NCBI GenBank assembly: GCA_964364175.1
Contig: CAYILR010000002.1
Span: 69,357-133,356 of the forward strand
Length of the DNA stretch: 64,000 nucleotides
Source of the DNA: an uncultured Bacteriovoracaceae bacterium
GTDB lineage: Bacteria > Bdellovibrionota > UBA1018
Direction: 5' to 3'
The position numbers were made by a program, and so were the translations under genes. Below are positions 27,597 through 36,638 of the stretch, one piece after another. Position 1 is the first letter of the stretch. Every line of letters starts with the position of its first letter. The notes beneath the pieces were generated by a model, which saw only the letters and a program-made list of their open reading frames with translations, made no database searches and had not been told where the DNA came from.

Positions 27597-29030
27597 GTGA
27601 CCTCTTTAAAGAATTCCTTCTGGGTAAAAACAGCTTGGTTCACACTACTAGCCTATTTCATAGGTCTTGCGGGAGGTTCTAAGGAATTTTCCTATTTTCA
27701 TTTCAAAATTGGCCCCATTCCTGTTTTTATTGGTGAACTTGCCCTTTTTCTGTCACTGGTTTTGACCTGGGTACATCGCGACACAGTTTTGTCGAAAATC
27801 CCCAAGGCATTTCGATATGCTCTCTTGGTCTATCTTGGCTGGGGAGCGGTCCTACTTCCTATCTCAATTTTAAAGAAAGACGCTGAAATTGAGATGGTTC
27901 AAATTTTAAGAGATTCTGCTCTTTTCTATCAAGCTTTATGGATTTTGTTCGGACTCATGCTCACTCAGACACGATGGAAAACTTGGCTCACTGCCTGCCT
28001 CATCGGTGTTGGAGCTGCTCAATTCATTGGTTGGTCTCACTATGCTTTTTATGGATTAGTCTATCGAATGAGCATGTCTGGCTTTTTTGGATTTATTTAT
28101 GGAAATGAGTCGTTCAGCTACCTTTTTCCTTTCACGATTGTTCTCTGGCCAACGATTTGGGCTCTATTGCTCACCTTTGCTTACGGTGATGCGATTTTGG
28201 GGCTTTTTATTATTTATTTTAAAAAAACCTGGATTTTAAACATTCTGGCGATTGCTGTCCCTGCAACAATCTGGACCACCTACAAAAAATTTGGACTCAA
28301 ACTTGGGGTCAAAAAAATATCTGCTCTGGCTACTTCTCTCACCATTGGACTAGTTTTGGCTGGCTACGTTGCTCAAAACGTTGCGATACTTGACTATCAA
28401 CGCCAGAAGGAAGACGTAGAACAATGGCTTTACGAAAAGGCCCAAAGGCACGGGGCTAAAAGGCCTTATCTGGAAGGAAAAAGCGAATTAACAAAACCCA
28501 TGTCGATCATGGAGCAAATTCGCACCAGAACTAAAGATCCCACCTCATTTTTCTTTCATGGAGAGGTCGACGAAAAAGAAAAAGTACACCCATTTGTGGC
28601 TTATGTGGCTTGGAGAGCCTTTCTGTGGAAACAAGCCTGGCAAGGTTTTTTAGCACACCCTTTTCTGGGAAATGGCTATGGCCCCAGAGTAGTTCACACG
28701 CAACTCAACGGCCTACCGACAGTATGGGAGGGCAAATGGATATCTGGACCTCATAATAGCTTTCTCACCGTTGCATTTCGCGGTGGGATCATCGCGATCA
28801 TCAGCTTGTTTGTGCTTTTGTTCTCAGCCATTTGGGAATGGATCAAAACTCTGAAACTATCTCGCTCTCTTCCATTGGAATCTAACCTGGCATTGGCAGC
28901 CTTACTGATTCAGGTCGTTTCTATTTTATTCAATGTGGTTCTTGAAAATCCACAGAATGGTACTCTCTTCTGGGTATTGTTGGGATCCCTCATTCGACTC
29001 ACACATCCACCCGACCATGAAGTTATCTAG
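27597..29030 (+). CDS. O-antigen ligase / Wzy_C-domain membrane protein (paralog of 62625..63941)
   Basis: 'ISGPHNSFLTVAFRGGIIAI' motif. About 50% positional identity along its length to the ORF at 62625..63941. Confidence 0.6.
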   Translation: MTSLKNSFWVKTAWFTLLAYFIGLAGGSKEFSYFHFKIGPIPVFIGELALFLSLVLTWVHRDTVLSKIPKAFRYALLVYLGWGAVLLPISILKKDAEIEMVQILRDSALFYQALWILFGLMLTQTRWKTWLTACLIGVGAAQFIGWSHYAFYGLVYRMSMSGFFGFIYGNESFSYLFPFTIVLWPTIWALLLTFAYGDAILGLFIIYFKKTWILNILAIAVPATIWTTYKKFGLKLGVKKISALATSLTIGLVLAGYVAQNVAILDYQRQKEDVEQWLYEKAQRHGAKRPYLEGKSELTKPMSIMEQIRTRTKDPTSFFFHGEVDEKEKVHPFVAYVAWRAFLWKQAWQGFLAHPFLGNGYGPRVVHTQLNGLPTVWEGKWISGPHNSFLTVAFRGGIIAIISLFVLLFSAIWEWIKTLKLSRSLPLESNLALAALLIQVVSILFNVVLENPQNGTLFWVLLGSLIRLTHPPDHEVI

Positions 29031-30390
29031 GGCACTTCTCTATTTCTCTCCTCTGTTTGTGGTGCTTTTCATGATTCTGTACAAACAGCCTTATTTTGGA
29101 TTGATGGACGACGCTTCTATGCTCAACGGGTATCTGAATGATCCTGTAAGTCTTGTAGCACTACCGCAGCAAGCATGGTCTCAGGCTGTCATCGATCTCC
29201 ATGGAGGGTTTTTTCGCCTACTCTATCCTTTCATGACCTGGATCCTCTATTCTCATTCGCCTGATCATCCTGGCGTCCTTTTCGCATTGAATTTTTTTTT
29301 GGTTGTGTTCTCCTCCTTACTTTTTTTAGCTTCACTCATCACCGCAACGAGTTCAAAAAACGATCCTCTTTTTTTTGAAAAACTAGGACTTTCGTTGCTC
29401 ATCACCTACTCAATTCCATGGATGTACGATTTGTTCATCCATCCCTCTCTTCAAGAAAAACTGATTCTTTCAACCGCGGCAATTTGTTTTTTTTGGTTTT
29501 CGAGGCGATTGCCTAGAGCTTCGCTAGTTGAAGTATTCCTTGCAATTCCAATATTTTTTGCTCTAGGTGCCTGCTCCAAATCGCAGTTTGTCATTTTTTT
29601 CCCAGCTTTTTTGATTCTAGCTTGGGTTAAAAAAAATGTTTTTTTGAATTCTAAAATAGTTTTGCTCTATTCGCTTTTCTGGGCAGGACTCCTGACTATG
29701 GGACTGGTTTGGATTGGGCAAAAAGGCTCTTATACTGGGGGAATTCGATTTTCTATTTCAGATTTTTTTCACAACAAAACCAAAATTTTGCTCTTAGCAG
29801 TCGCGATTTTTGGATGCATTTTGCTTTATTTAGATTGGATCAAAGCAAAAGATATCTCTAGGATACTACATCGATCCTTACCGGTTGTCCTCATTTTTTC
29901 GTATCTCGCCGTTTTCTTCAGCTGGAATCTTGTTGGCTATTTAATTTCCCTGATTGCACCTGTCGTTGGAGTTTTAGTTGCTCACTGGATTTTTCAGTGG
30001 GCGAAAAAATACAAAACAGTATTTGTTATTCTTTTTTTGATTTCATCTTTCGGCATTTCAACGTGGCGGTCAGATCTCTATTTTCAAAAATTGGCTGATA
30101 TTCGAAATCTGATCCTGGATCCCACTTTTTCAAAAATTCTGAAAGATACCCCCCCCCTGTATATCAATTGTATGGAGGGTGTCTTTTCGTTCAAATTCTT
30201 CACTACTCGACTTTTAGGCCAGACTCTACATATGGAGGAACTCAATACTAGAAAAGAGAAAATGTTTTTCGTCATCCATGAATCAAAGCTGTGTCCAGCT
30301 CCCCAGTATATTGCCCTTGCTCCGAAAAAAATAATCCTATCGCCAAGCGGCAGCAAGAGTTTTGAACTATGGCAAGTCGAATTGCCTTAG
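29017..30390 (+). CDS. polytopic membrane protein, GT-C-like candidate; start moved to MKLSRALL (29017, 14-bp overlap with the upstream gene)
   Basis: Many TM segments. Acidic loop 'GLMDDASMLNGY' after TM1. Confidence 0.4.
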   Translation: MKLSRALLYFSPLFVVLFMILYKQPYFGLMDDASMLNGYLNDPVSLVALPQQAWSQAVIDLHGGFFRLLYPFMTWILYSHSPDHPGVLFALNFFLVVFSSLLFLASLITATSSKNDPLFFEKLGLSLLITYSIPWMYDLFIHPSLQEKLILSTAAICFFWFSRRLPRASLVEVFLAIPIFFALGACSKSQFVIFFPAFLILAWVKKNVFLNSKIVLLYSLFWAGLLTMGLVWIGQKGSYTGGIRFSISDFFHNKTKILLLAVAIFGCILLYLDWIKAKDISRILHRSLPVVLIFSYLAVFFSWNLVGYLISLIAPVVGVLVAHWIFQWAKKYKTVFVILFLISSFGISTWRSDLYFQKLADIRNLILDPTFSKILKDTPPLYINCMEGVFSFKFFTTRLLGQTLHMEELNTRKEKMFFVIHESKLCPAPQYIALAPKKIILSPSGSKSFELWQVELP

Positions 30391-31598
30391 AGCCTGTTTG
30401 GAAAGGGGGGTTCCGTCATGCAGGAAACAAATTTACCCAGATCTTTGACATCCAAATCTTGAAATGCTGTCTTCACTGTAGGTTCTAAATTTTCTTTGAA
30501 ATAACGACCCGCTTCACCCACTGAAGTAATCCATGCACCTTCCTTCTGGGCTAAATCCAAAAGGAACTCATAAGCTTTCAGGTACATTTCAGCATACTCT
30601 GGATCAACAGCTGCAATCGTGTTGGGGTGCCACAACACAGTCATGACTCCTCCGACGTTTGCCACTCGCTGCATGATTTGCCCGATCAATTCTTTTGCGG
30701 CAGTAAGCCCTAATCCCATGGCAGAAAGGTGCCTAAACATCGACACATCCTGAATAATCAGCGGCAATTCTAGAGTAGTTGAATCTTGAAAATAAAATGG
30801 AAAAGATGTCCCCGCCCTAAATCCAACCTGTTTATTAAATCCATACGTGGAATCAAACGAAAACCCTGCTCGACTGTGAATTTGAGGCGTTGTCATGGGG
30901 TCGAACATCAAAAAATGCTGCCTGACGGATTGAATGGGCTGCGGCAGAATCTTGTCGATCATTTTTTTTTGCTGCTCAAGTAGCGCGAGATTTTTATGAG
31001 TTTGTATCGCAGGATGGAGGCCAACCTCCCAGCCTCTCTGATTCAGCTGACGCATCAGGTCTGTCACCTGGATCTTCTCGCCATCAAACTGCAAATAGTC
31101 CTCCAGCAAATACGCACAATCCTCAATCTCTTGAAGTTCGAGCGGCACTGGGGTTGAGAAAAAAAACGTGGATTTAGCTCGATATCGATCCTCAATCTCT
31201 AGCCATTTTTCAAAACAATGGTAGGGATCGGTTCGCGATAGTACCTTGTTTTTCGCTCCTCTCCCCCACTGAAGACAAGAACGGATCAAAGCGACGACTC
31301 CGGCCTTTTTCAAACCTCTGGCCTGACTTAAAGACCTTTTGATCATATTCAATTTTTCGGACAGGCTGTAATAGCCAATGTTGTCTACATCATGGCTGAG
31401 TGCTAGGCAGAATCGCTTGCCTTGTGGCCACTGAACGGATGGGATCAATCCGTTTTTCTTGAGGTATGCATCAAAATAAGGGAAAAGCGTCAGGTGATAC
31501 GCTGAAGCTCTATGGTTATAACAGTCCAGCGTGCCCCACTCTGTTTTGAAAGAATGGTCTTCGAGTGATCGAAAATCAAACATGCCCATTTTAATCAC
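30387..31598 (-). CDS. putative polysaccharide deacetylase-like (CE4-like) protein; low confidence
   Basis: 'LALSHDVDNIGY', later 'GLHPAIQTH', and a soluble ~400-aa size. Family assignment is tentative. Confidence 0.3.
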   Translation of the reverse strand: MIKMGMFDFRSLEDHSFKTEWGTLDCYNHRASAYHLTLFPYFDAYLKKNGLIPSVQWPQGKRFCLALSHDVDNIGYYSLSEKLNMIKRSLSQARGLKKAGVVALIRSCLQWGRGAKNKVLSRTDPYHCFEKWLEIEDRYRAKSTFFFSTPVPLELQEIEDCAYLLEDYLQFDGEKIQVTDLMRQLNQRGWEVGLHPAIQTHKNLALLEQQKKMIDKILPQPIQSVRQHFLMFDPMTTPQIHSRAGFSFDSTYGFNKQVGFRAGTSFPFYFQDSTTLELPLIIQDVSMFRHLSAMGLGLTAAKELIGQIMQRVANVGGVMTVLWHPNTIAAVDPEYAEMYLKAYEFLLDLAQKEGAWITSVGEAGRYFKENLEPTVKTAFQDLDVKDLGKFVSCMTEPPFPNRL

Positions 31599-31662
31599 AT
31601 TTATAGTTGCGATTTACAATAGACTTCCGACCAATAAGGATTTCTATTACCATGAGTAGCGC

Positions 31663-32784
31663 ATGAACTCACTCAAACTAGCTGTTTTTACTCCAGTCTA
31701 TCCTAGCCCTGAACGTCCCAAGGGAAATATTTTTGTTAAAAGTCGTGTCGATGAATATGCCAAAAAAGGGTACCATATTACTGCGTTTGGCTATGGCCCT
31801 CAAAACCGAAGTTTTCAAATGGATGGCATTCAGGTTTACGAGGGCTCATGGGATTATGTTTCCACGCAATTGGATCAATACCCGTTTGATCGTTTTTTAG
31901 TTCATCTGATTGACCGTCGGGTAGCTCTTTATATCTTAAAAAACCGATGTTTCCACAAATGCATCCTTTGGATTCATGGCTTTGAGGCGCTGGGATGGTA
32001 TCGTGATGTCCTTCATTGGAAGTTCAGTTTTTCGTTCTTTAAGCAGCGACTCATTCGTGCATTCAGAAACATGCTCGAACTGGCGACTTTCAGGTACTTG
32101 ATTTTTCGATCACAAGGGCAGATCAAATATATTTTTGTCTCAAAATGGATGAGACAGATGGCTCAAATCGATTTGCTGTATCCGTTTTCTGATTACAAAA
32201 TCATTCCTAATCCTATTGATACACGGTTTTTTGATTATCAAATAAAACCGGCTGAACAAAGACTGAAGATCTTGTTTATCCGTGCTTATAATCATCCTAA
32301 ATATGCTGCTGATCTTGCGCTTCAAAGTATTTTAGAATTCTCTAAGCATCCGTTTTTTTCAAAATTTGAGTTTTTTATTGCGGGCGGAGAATGTCATCAG
32401 CTGGTTTCAAGCTTGGAGTCTTTTCCGAACGTCACTATCCGAAATGGTTTTTTAAACCACGACGAAATGAAAGCACTTTGTCATCAGTATGGGGTTTACC
32501 TTTGCCCCAGTCGGCAGGATGCCCAAGGCGTGTCCATGTGCGAGGCGATGTCCTGCGGTATGTTGGTCATTGGCTCTCAAACAACCGCTATCCCAGAATT
32601 CGTAAAGCACATGGAAACAGGTATATTGACTCGCTCTGTCCAAGATATTGTGCAAGCGTATATTCAACTGTATGAAAAACCAGATCAGTTCCAAAAATTT
32701 TCTGAATCCGCTGCAAAATGGATTCGTGAAAACATCGATATGCCAAAATTAATTCAACAAGAATTGGATGAGATCATAAAATAA
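31663..32784 (+). CDS. glycosyltransferase family 4 (GT-B)
   Basis: C-terminal 'CEAMSCGMLVIGSQTTAIPEFVKHMETGIL' is a GT4 signature. Confidence 0.8.
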   Translation: MNSLKLAVFTPVYPSPERPKGNIFVKSRVDEYAKKGYHITAFGYGPQNRSFQMDGIQVYEGSWDYVSTQLDQYPFDRFLVHLIDRRVALYILKNRCFHKCILWIHGFEALGWYRDVLHWKFSFSFFKQRLIRAFRNMLELATFRYLIFRSQGQIKYIFVSKWMRQMAQIDLLYPFSDYKIIPNPIDTRFFDYQIKPAEQRLKILFIRAYNHPKYAADLALQSILEFSKHPFFSKFEFFIAGGECHQLVSSLESFPNVTIRNGFLNHDEMKALCHQYGVYLCPSRQDAQGVSMCEAMSCGMLVIGSQTTAIPEFVKHMETGILTRSVQDIVQAYIQLYEKPDQFQKFSESAAKWIRENIDMPKLIQQELDEIIK

Positions 32785-32785
32785 A

Positions 32786-33904
32786 ATGAATACTTTCTAC
32801 TCTCGAATCATTGCTACTTGTATTTTAGTCTTTGCAAAATTGGGTTTGAGATCTCGATTTTTGCACGTTCTTTTATATGGCAGCGATGCTCGCAACCTTT
32901 GTCTTGCTAGAGGGGCCTATATTTTATGTGATCAGCTGACAGTTCAAGGCATGGTTCAAGTGGGAGCCCACTCGAAAATCATTGGTCAAACAGTGACTCT
33001 CGGCAAAGCCATCCGGATTGATCAACGAGTCACGATTCGCGCTAAACGAATTGCACTGGGCAATCAAGTCATCATCGAGAGTGACAATCAATTTGAAGGA
33101 ATGCAGCTTCAAACCTCAGCCCTGGAGCTTGGGAATGAAGTCTGGATTTTTCAACAATGTTACCTGAACACATCGGCAGGATTGTATATTGGAGATGGAA
33201 CTGGTGTAGGTGGATTTTCGATGATTTGGACTCACGGATCCTGGCAGTCTTATGTCGAAGGTTATTCGGTTTCTCATGCTCCTACGTACATCGGAAAAAA
33301 TGTTTGGATCCCTTGGCATGTCATCATTCTTCCAGGAGTGAAAATTGGAGACAATGCTACTATATGGGGAGGCTCTGTTATTTCAACTGACATTCCGGAC
33401 AATTCATTGGCAGTTGGAACTCCTGGAGCGCCTCTCAAGGTTTTTAAATCTGGAACAGCTGAGTGGCCAAGAACCTTGGATGCGAACGAATCTCTCAAGC
33501 GCCTGCGAACTATTATGGATGAATTTAGCGCCTGGGTGGGAGGAGAATTTGATTCAAAACGGCTCACGATTTTTGGAAATACAAAAAAATCCATCCGTTT
33601 AATGAGTCAATCACAAGATCAATACTCCTTTGAATCGGGAGCAGGTGAGATTTTTCAAATCTTACTTTCCAGCAAAGCCAGCCCCATGGGAAAAGTAGAT
33701 CTGCATGAAAAAAATTCGATTCGCCTTTGGGTGGCTTTAGACACCGAAATTCCCACTGAGGCAGCAAACTGGATTAACCTCAAAACAAAAACGATATCCA
33801 CTGAACAGTCACACGTATTATTTGACAGGCTTGTTTCGTTTATGACTTTTTATGGTGTTCGATTGCGCGATGCCAAAACAGGATTACTCTGTTTTTTTGG
33901 CTAG
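32786..33904 (+). CDS. hexapeptide-repeat (LbH) acyl/acetyltransferase with an ~150-aa C-terminal extension
   Basis: Repeats 'VWIPWHVIILPGVKIGDNATIWGGSVIS' and 'AVGTPGAPLKV'. The C-terminal 150 aa are unassigned. Confidence 0.6.
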   Translation: MNTFYSRIIATCILVFAKLGLRSRFLHVLLYGSDARNLCLARGAYILCDQLTVQGMVQVGAHSKIIGQTVTLGKAIRIDQRVTIRAKRIALGNQVIIESDNQFEGMQLQTSALELGNEVWIFQQCYLNTSAGLYIGDGTGVGGFSMIWTHGSWQSYVEGYSVSHAPTYIGKNVWIPWHVIILPGVKIGDNATIWGGSVISTDIPDNSLAVGTPGAPLKVFKSGTAEWPRTLDANESLKRLRTIMDEFSAWVGGEFDSKRLTIFGNTKKSIRLMSQSQDQYSFESGAGEIFQILLSSKASPMGKVDLHEKNSIRLWVALDTEIPTEAANWINLKTKTISTEQSHVLFDRLVSFMTFYGVRLRDAKTGLLCFFG

Positions 33905-33914
33905 ACCACCCCAC

Positions 33915-35024
33915 TTATAAACTAGCATCCCCGTCAAAAAGGGTGGGTTCCCAAACGATCGGTTGCGCCAATTCAAGCTCCAGTCCCGCAATCTGTGATC
34001 GATAAAAATAAGGCCAGCTTTCCAGCTGACGTCGATACGGTGCGGTTTTTTCAAGTGTAGTGCGAACCGTTCCATTGAATCCTACTACTTCCAGCATGTG
34101 GAATCGGTGGGTGCGAAACAGCAGAACTGCTCTTTGAATCACTTGATTGAGCACATCTGCAGTCTGCGAATCTGACTCACAGATGCTTTGAAAATCAACG
34201 AGTCGGATACGTTTCAATCCAAAACCCGGGTGATCTTGGCGGAAAAAAACTGCATAAGCAACTAATCGGCCGGCTTGCTCACAGGTAGCGACCCATGCCC
34301 GATTTTGATCAATTGCACGCTGAAAATGCTGAGTGAGAGCCTCGCGATCGCGTGAACCTAAAAGAATTTTTGATTTTTTCTGGAGCAGCTCCTTCCAAAA
34401 AACATCAAATTTTATGTCGAACGATTTGATCCATTGTATGCTCAAACCACCGGCTAGGCGTGCGCGACGTTCGGTTTTGCCCATCAGCTTTTCTGCAACT
34501 GAAATTCCGTGCTCTGCTAGGAAAGAAAAGGAAGAAAGAAATCCCAGATTTTTCTTTTTCAAAAAGCTTTTGAAAAATCCTTGTCGATCGAGAATCCAGA
34601 ATAGAGCTTGCTGGAAATTTTCCACCGGCATTTTTTTGTGCTTGAGCGCGAGATAGACTTGATCGGCCGGAGGACGCGCGGTGGTGTGGATCACCAGATC
34701 AACCCCAGGCTCTGAGAGGAGTTTATGAATCAACATCGTCGAATAGGTGCGATGTTCGGGAGCGACCACCCATGCGGTGGGGCAAGAGACTTTCAACTCG
34801 CGGCCGTTGAGAAAATATTTTGCAAAGTAGGTACCCACAGAGCCGACGATTTCGCCGCTGGGGGTTTCGAGTACATAGTTCACATCTGGCATCCGAGCTT
34901 CGGCGCCGAAGCTGGTCGGGGTTTCGTCGATCGAGGCAGGAGCTAGGCCATTTTCCGCTCCCAGTTTGAGGATTTTGGGGAAATCTGCTGGTGTAGCTTT
35001 TCGGAGTTGAACTTTCGTCTTCAT
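33915..35024 (-). CDS. GNAT/FemAB-like (Acetyltransf_6-type) protein; start moved to MKTKVQL to remove the overlap with the ATPase gene
   Basis: About 370 aa with a two-lobed layout typical of FemAB/CelD-like GNAT proteins found in polysaccharide loci. Family call is tentative. Confidence 0.35.
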   Translation of the reverse strand: MKTKVQLRKATPADFPKILKLGAENGLAPASIDETPTSFGAEARMPDVNYVLETPSGEIVGSVGTYFAKYFLNGRELKVSCPTAWVVAPEHRTYSTMLIHKLLSEPGVDLVIHTTARPPADQVYLALKHKKMPVENFQQALFWILDRQGFFKSFLKKKNLGFLSSFSFLAEHGISVAEKLMGKTERRARLAGGLSIQWIKSFDIKFDVFWKELLQKKSKILLGSRDREALTQHFQRAIDQNRAWVATCEQAGRLVAYAVFFRQDHPGFGLKRIRLVDFQSICESDSQTADVLNQVIQRAVLLFRTHRFHMLEVVGFNGTVRTTLEKTAPYRRQLESWPYFYRSQIAGLELELAQPIVWEPTLFDGDASL

Positions 35025-35031
35025 CGCGTCC

Positions 35032-36507
35032 CTAAAACAAGGCATCCAAAGTCAAATCGGAATGCACAAATTTCCCATAGTACATGTTTTTAGCCACACC
35101 TCGCGTGGTGATCATTGTCAAGAAAACCTGCTTTCGAGTTCTATGTTTCTTCCGAAAAATTTCGATTTTTCTCTCTAATTCCGTGGCATACGCCTTGTCG
35201 ATAACGAATTCACTTTCGCAATGCTTAATCTCACATAACGTAATCACTCCATCACTTCGATCAAAAAGCAAATCAACTTGCGCGCCATGCTCCTTCGCTT
35301 TCTTTGGCGGCATGAATCGCCAAGATCCCGTTTCACAGTCAATTGTCTCGATTCCCAGTGCAGCACGGATACTCTCCGCATGTTTGAGGCAAATTCCCTC
35401 AAAAGAATACCCTGCCCAAGCTCTCCAAGCAGGGCTCCCACGCTTTTGCTCCCAATACCGCGAAGATGATCCGGTAAAAATCCCTTTCGGTGCACCAGCA
35501 ATCCATTTAGAGTGAAAATAACAATATTCATCTATGGCACGATAGAAAACCTCCTTCCGCTTATTACCGTACGGTATGAGAGCTGTGATGAATCCTGCCT
35601 CCTCAAGCTCATGAATGCGCTGGTTGAATCTGCCCCCCGAAGGAAGGTCCAATTTTTCAATGAGTTCCGTCCGGCTCATTCCGCTTCGTTGTCTGGAAAT
35701 TTCCCGAAAGATGCCCAAGTGAACCTCTGAATGCGTGAAAAGCGAAGGGAAAAGACGCTCAAACTCATCACGAAGGGTCCCGTTTTTAGAGAAGCAGGCC
35801 CGGTTGATGATCTGAGCTGCAGACTTGCCCTTTTCAGCTTCTTTGAGATAAAAAGGAACACCCCCAAAAGCCATGTAAAGCTCAACAATCTGGGCGCGTT
35901 CGAGTGAGATTCCTCGGCCCCGGAGAAAAATTTCTGTTTCGAATAAAGTAAAAGGCTGAAGGTGCATCCTTTGCGTAATTCTGTTGTGGAGCCCCCCTTT
36001 TGCATGAATGAGATGCTCCAGCATCCACGAGGCGGCAGACCCGCAAAGAACCACTTTCAGATTAGACAGCTTGCTCCACTCAGTGTTCCAATAATGATCC
36101 AGAGCCTGTAATAACCCGGACTTTGGCGTTGAAAGCCAGGGCAGCTCATCTAAAAACAGCACAAACTTTTGATTTTTTCTGAGCTTTTTCATTTCCGCAG
36201 TGAAAAGCTGAAACGCTGCATTCCAGGTACGCATGGGCTGAATCGGCACGCCCCCAAAAAAGATCTCTTGAAAAGACTGGCTAAAGATCGCTAACTGCTC
36301 CTCCATCGAACCGTCTTTGAGGCCAGTCACTTCCATGTACCCACCCTTCTCTTGAAGGATACTCCTGATCAGGTAAGTTTTTCCTATGCGCCTGCGCCCA
36401 TAAATCGCGATGAGCTCCGCCTCCTCGGATGACCATGCCTTTCGAAGGCGTTCCGATTCGGCTTTTCTCCCTGCCAAGGGCATTTCTTTGCGTGCGGATA
36501 TCAGCAT
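35032..36507 (-). CDS. ATP-binding protein, Arch_ATPase (PF01637)-type P-loop NTPase with a DUF234-like C-terminal domain
   Basis: Walker A 'IYGRRRIGKTYLIRS', 'VLFLDELPWL' Walker B, then a C-terminal alpha/beta region. Confidence 0.7.
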   Translation of the reverse strand: MLISARKEMPLAGRKAESERLRKAWSSEEAELIAIYGRRRIGKTYLIRSILQEKGGYMEVTGLKDGSMEEQLAIFSQSFQEIFFGGVPIQPMRTWNAAFQLFTAEMKKLRKNQKFVLFLDELPWLSTPKSGLLQALDHYWNTEWSKLSNLKVVLCGSAASWMLEHLIHAKGGLHNRITQRMHLQPFTLFETEIFLRGRGISLERAQIVELYMAFGGVPFYLKEAEKGKSAAQIINRACFSKNGTLRDEFERLFPSLFTHSEVHLGIFREISRQRSGMSRTELIEKLDLPSGGRFNQRIHELEEAGFITALIPYGNKRKEVFYRAIDEYCYFHSKWIAGAPKGIFTGSSSRYWEQKRGSPAWRAWAGYSFEGICLKHAESIRAALGIETIDCETGSWRFMPPKKAKEHGAQVDLLFDRSDGVITLCEIKHCESEFVIDKAYATELERKIEIFRKKHRTRKQVFLTMITTRGVAKNMYYGKFVHSDLTLDALF

Positions 36508-36523
36508 TTATTTATGATTACTT

Positions 36524-36617
36524 GATTTGGCCGAAAATAGATACATTAAAAGTGGCCAAATCAGTAATTTAATGTGGTCGATTTGGCCGAAAATAAAAAT
36601 CTATAACCGGCCAAATC
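36524..36617. repeat. array of four GATTTGGCC/GGCCAAATC 9-mers in alternating orientation, including a 16-bp direct repeat GATTTGGCCGAAAATA x2
   Basis: GATTTGGCC at 36524-36532. GGCCAAATC at 36554-36562. GATTTGGCC at 36580-36588. GGCCAAATC at 36609-36617. Lies in the intergenic region upstream of the ATPase gene. Confidence 0.5.
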
Positions 36618-36638
36618 TATCGAAAGACGCCCCAACCC

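Noticed and set aside
30387-35045. Exosortase/PEP-CTERM-associated EPS locus (FemAB-like, deacetylase, AMP-ligase and ACP are all typical associates)
   Set aside because: No exosortase (EpsH) or PEP-CTERM-tagged protein is visible in the window. The gene set alone is insufficient, so the association is kept only as a thought.
36524-36617. CRISPR array
   Set aside because: Only four 9-16-bp units in alternating orientation with irregular 26-30-bp gaps. No regular repeat-spacer periodicity and no cas genes.
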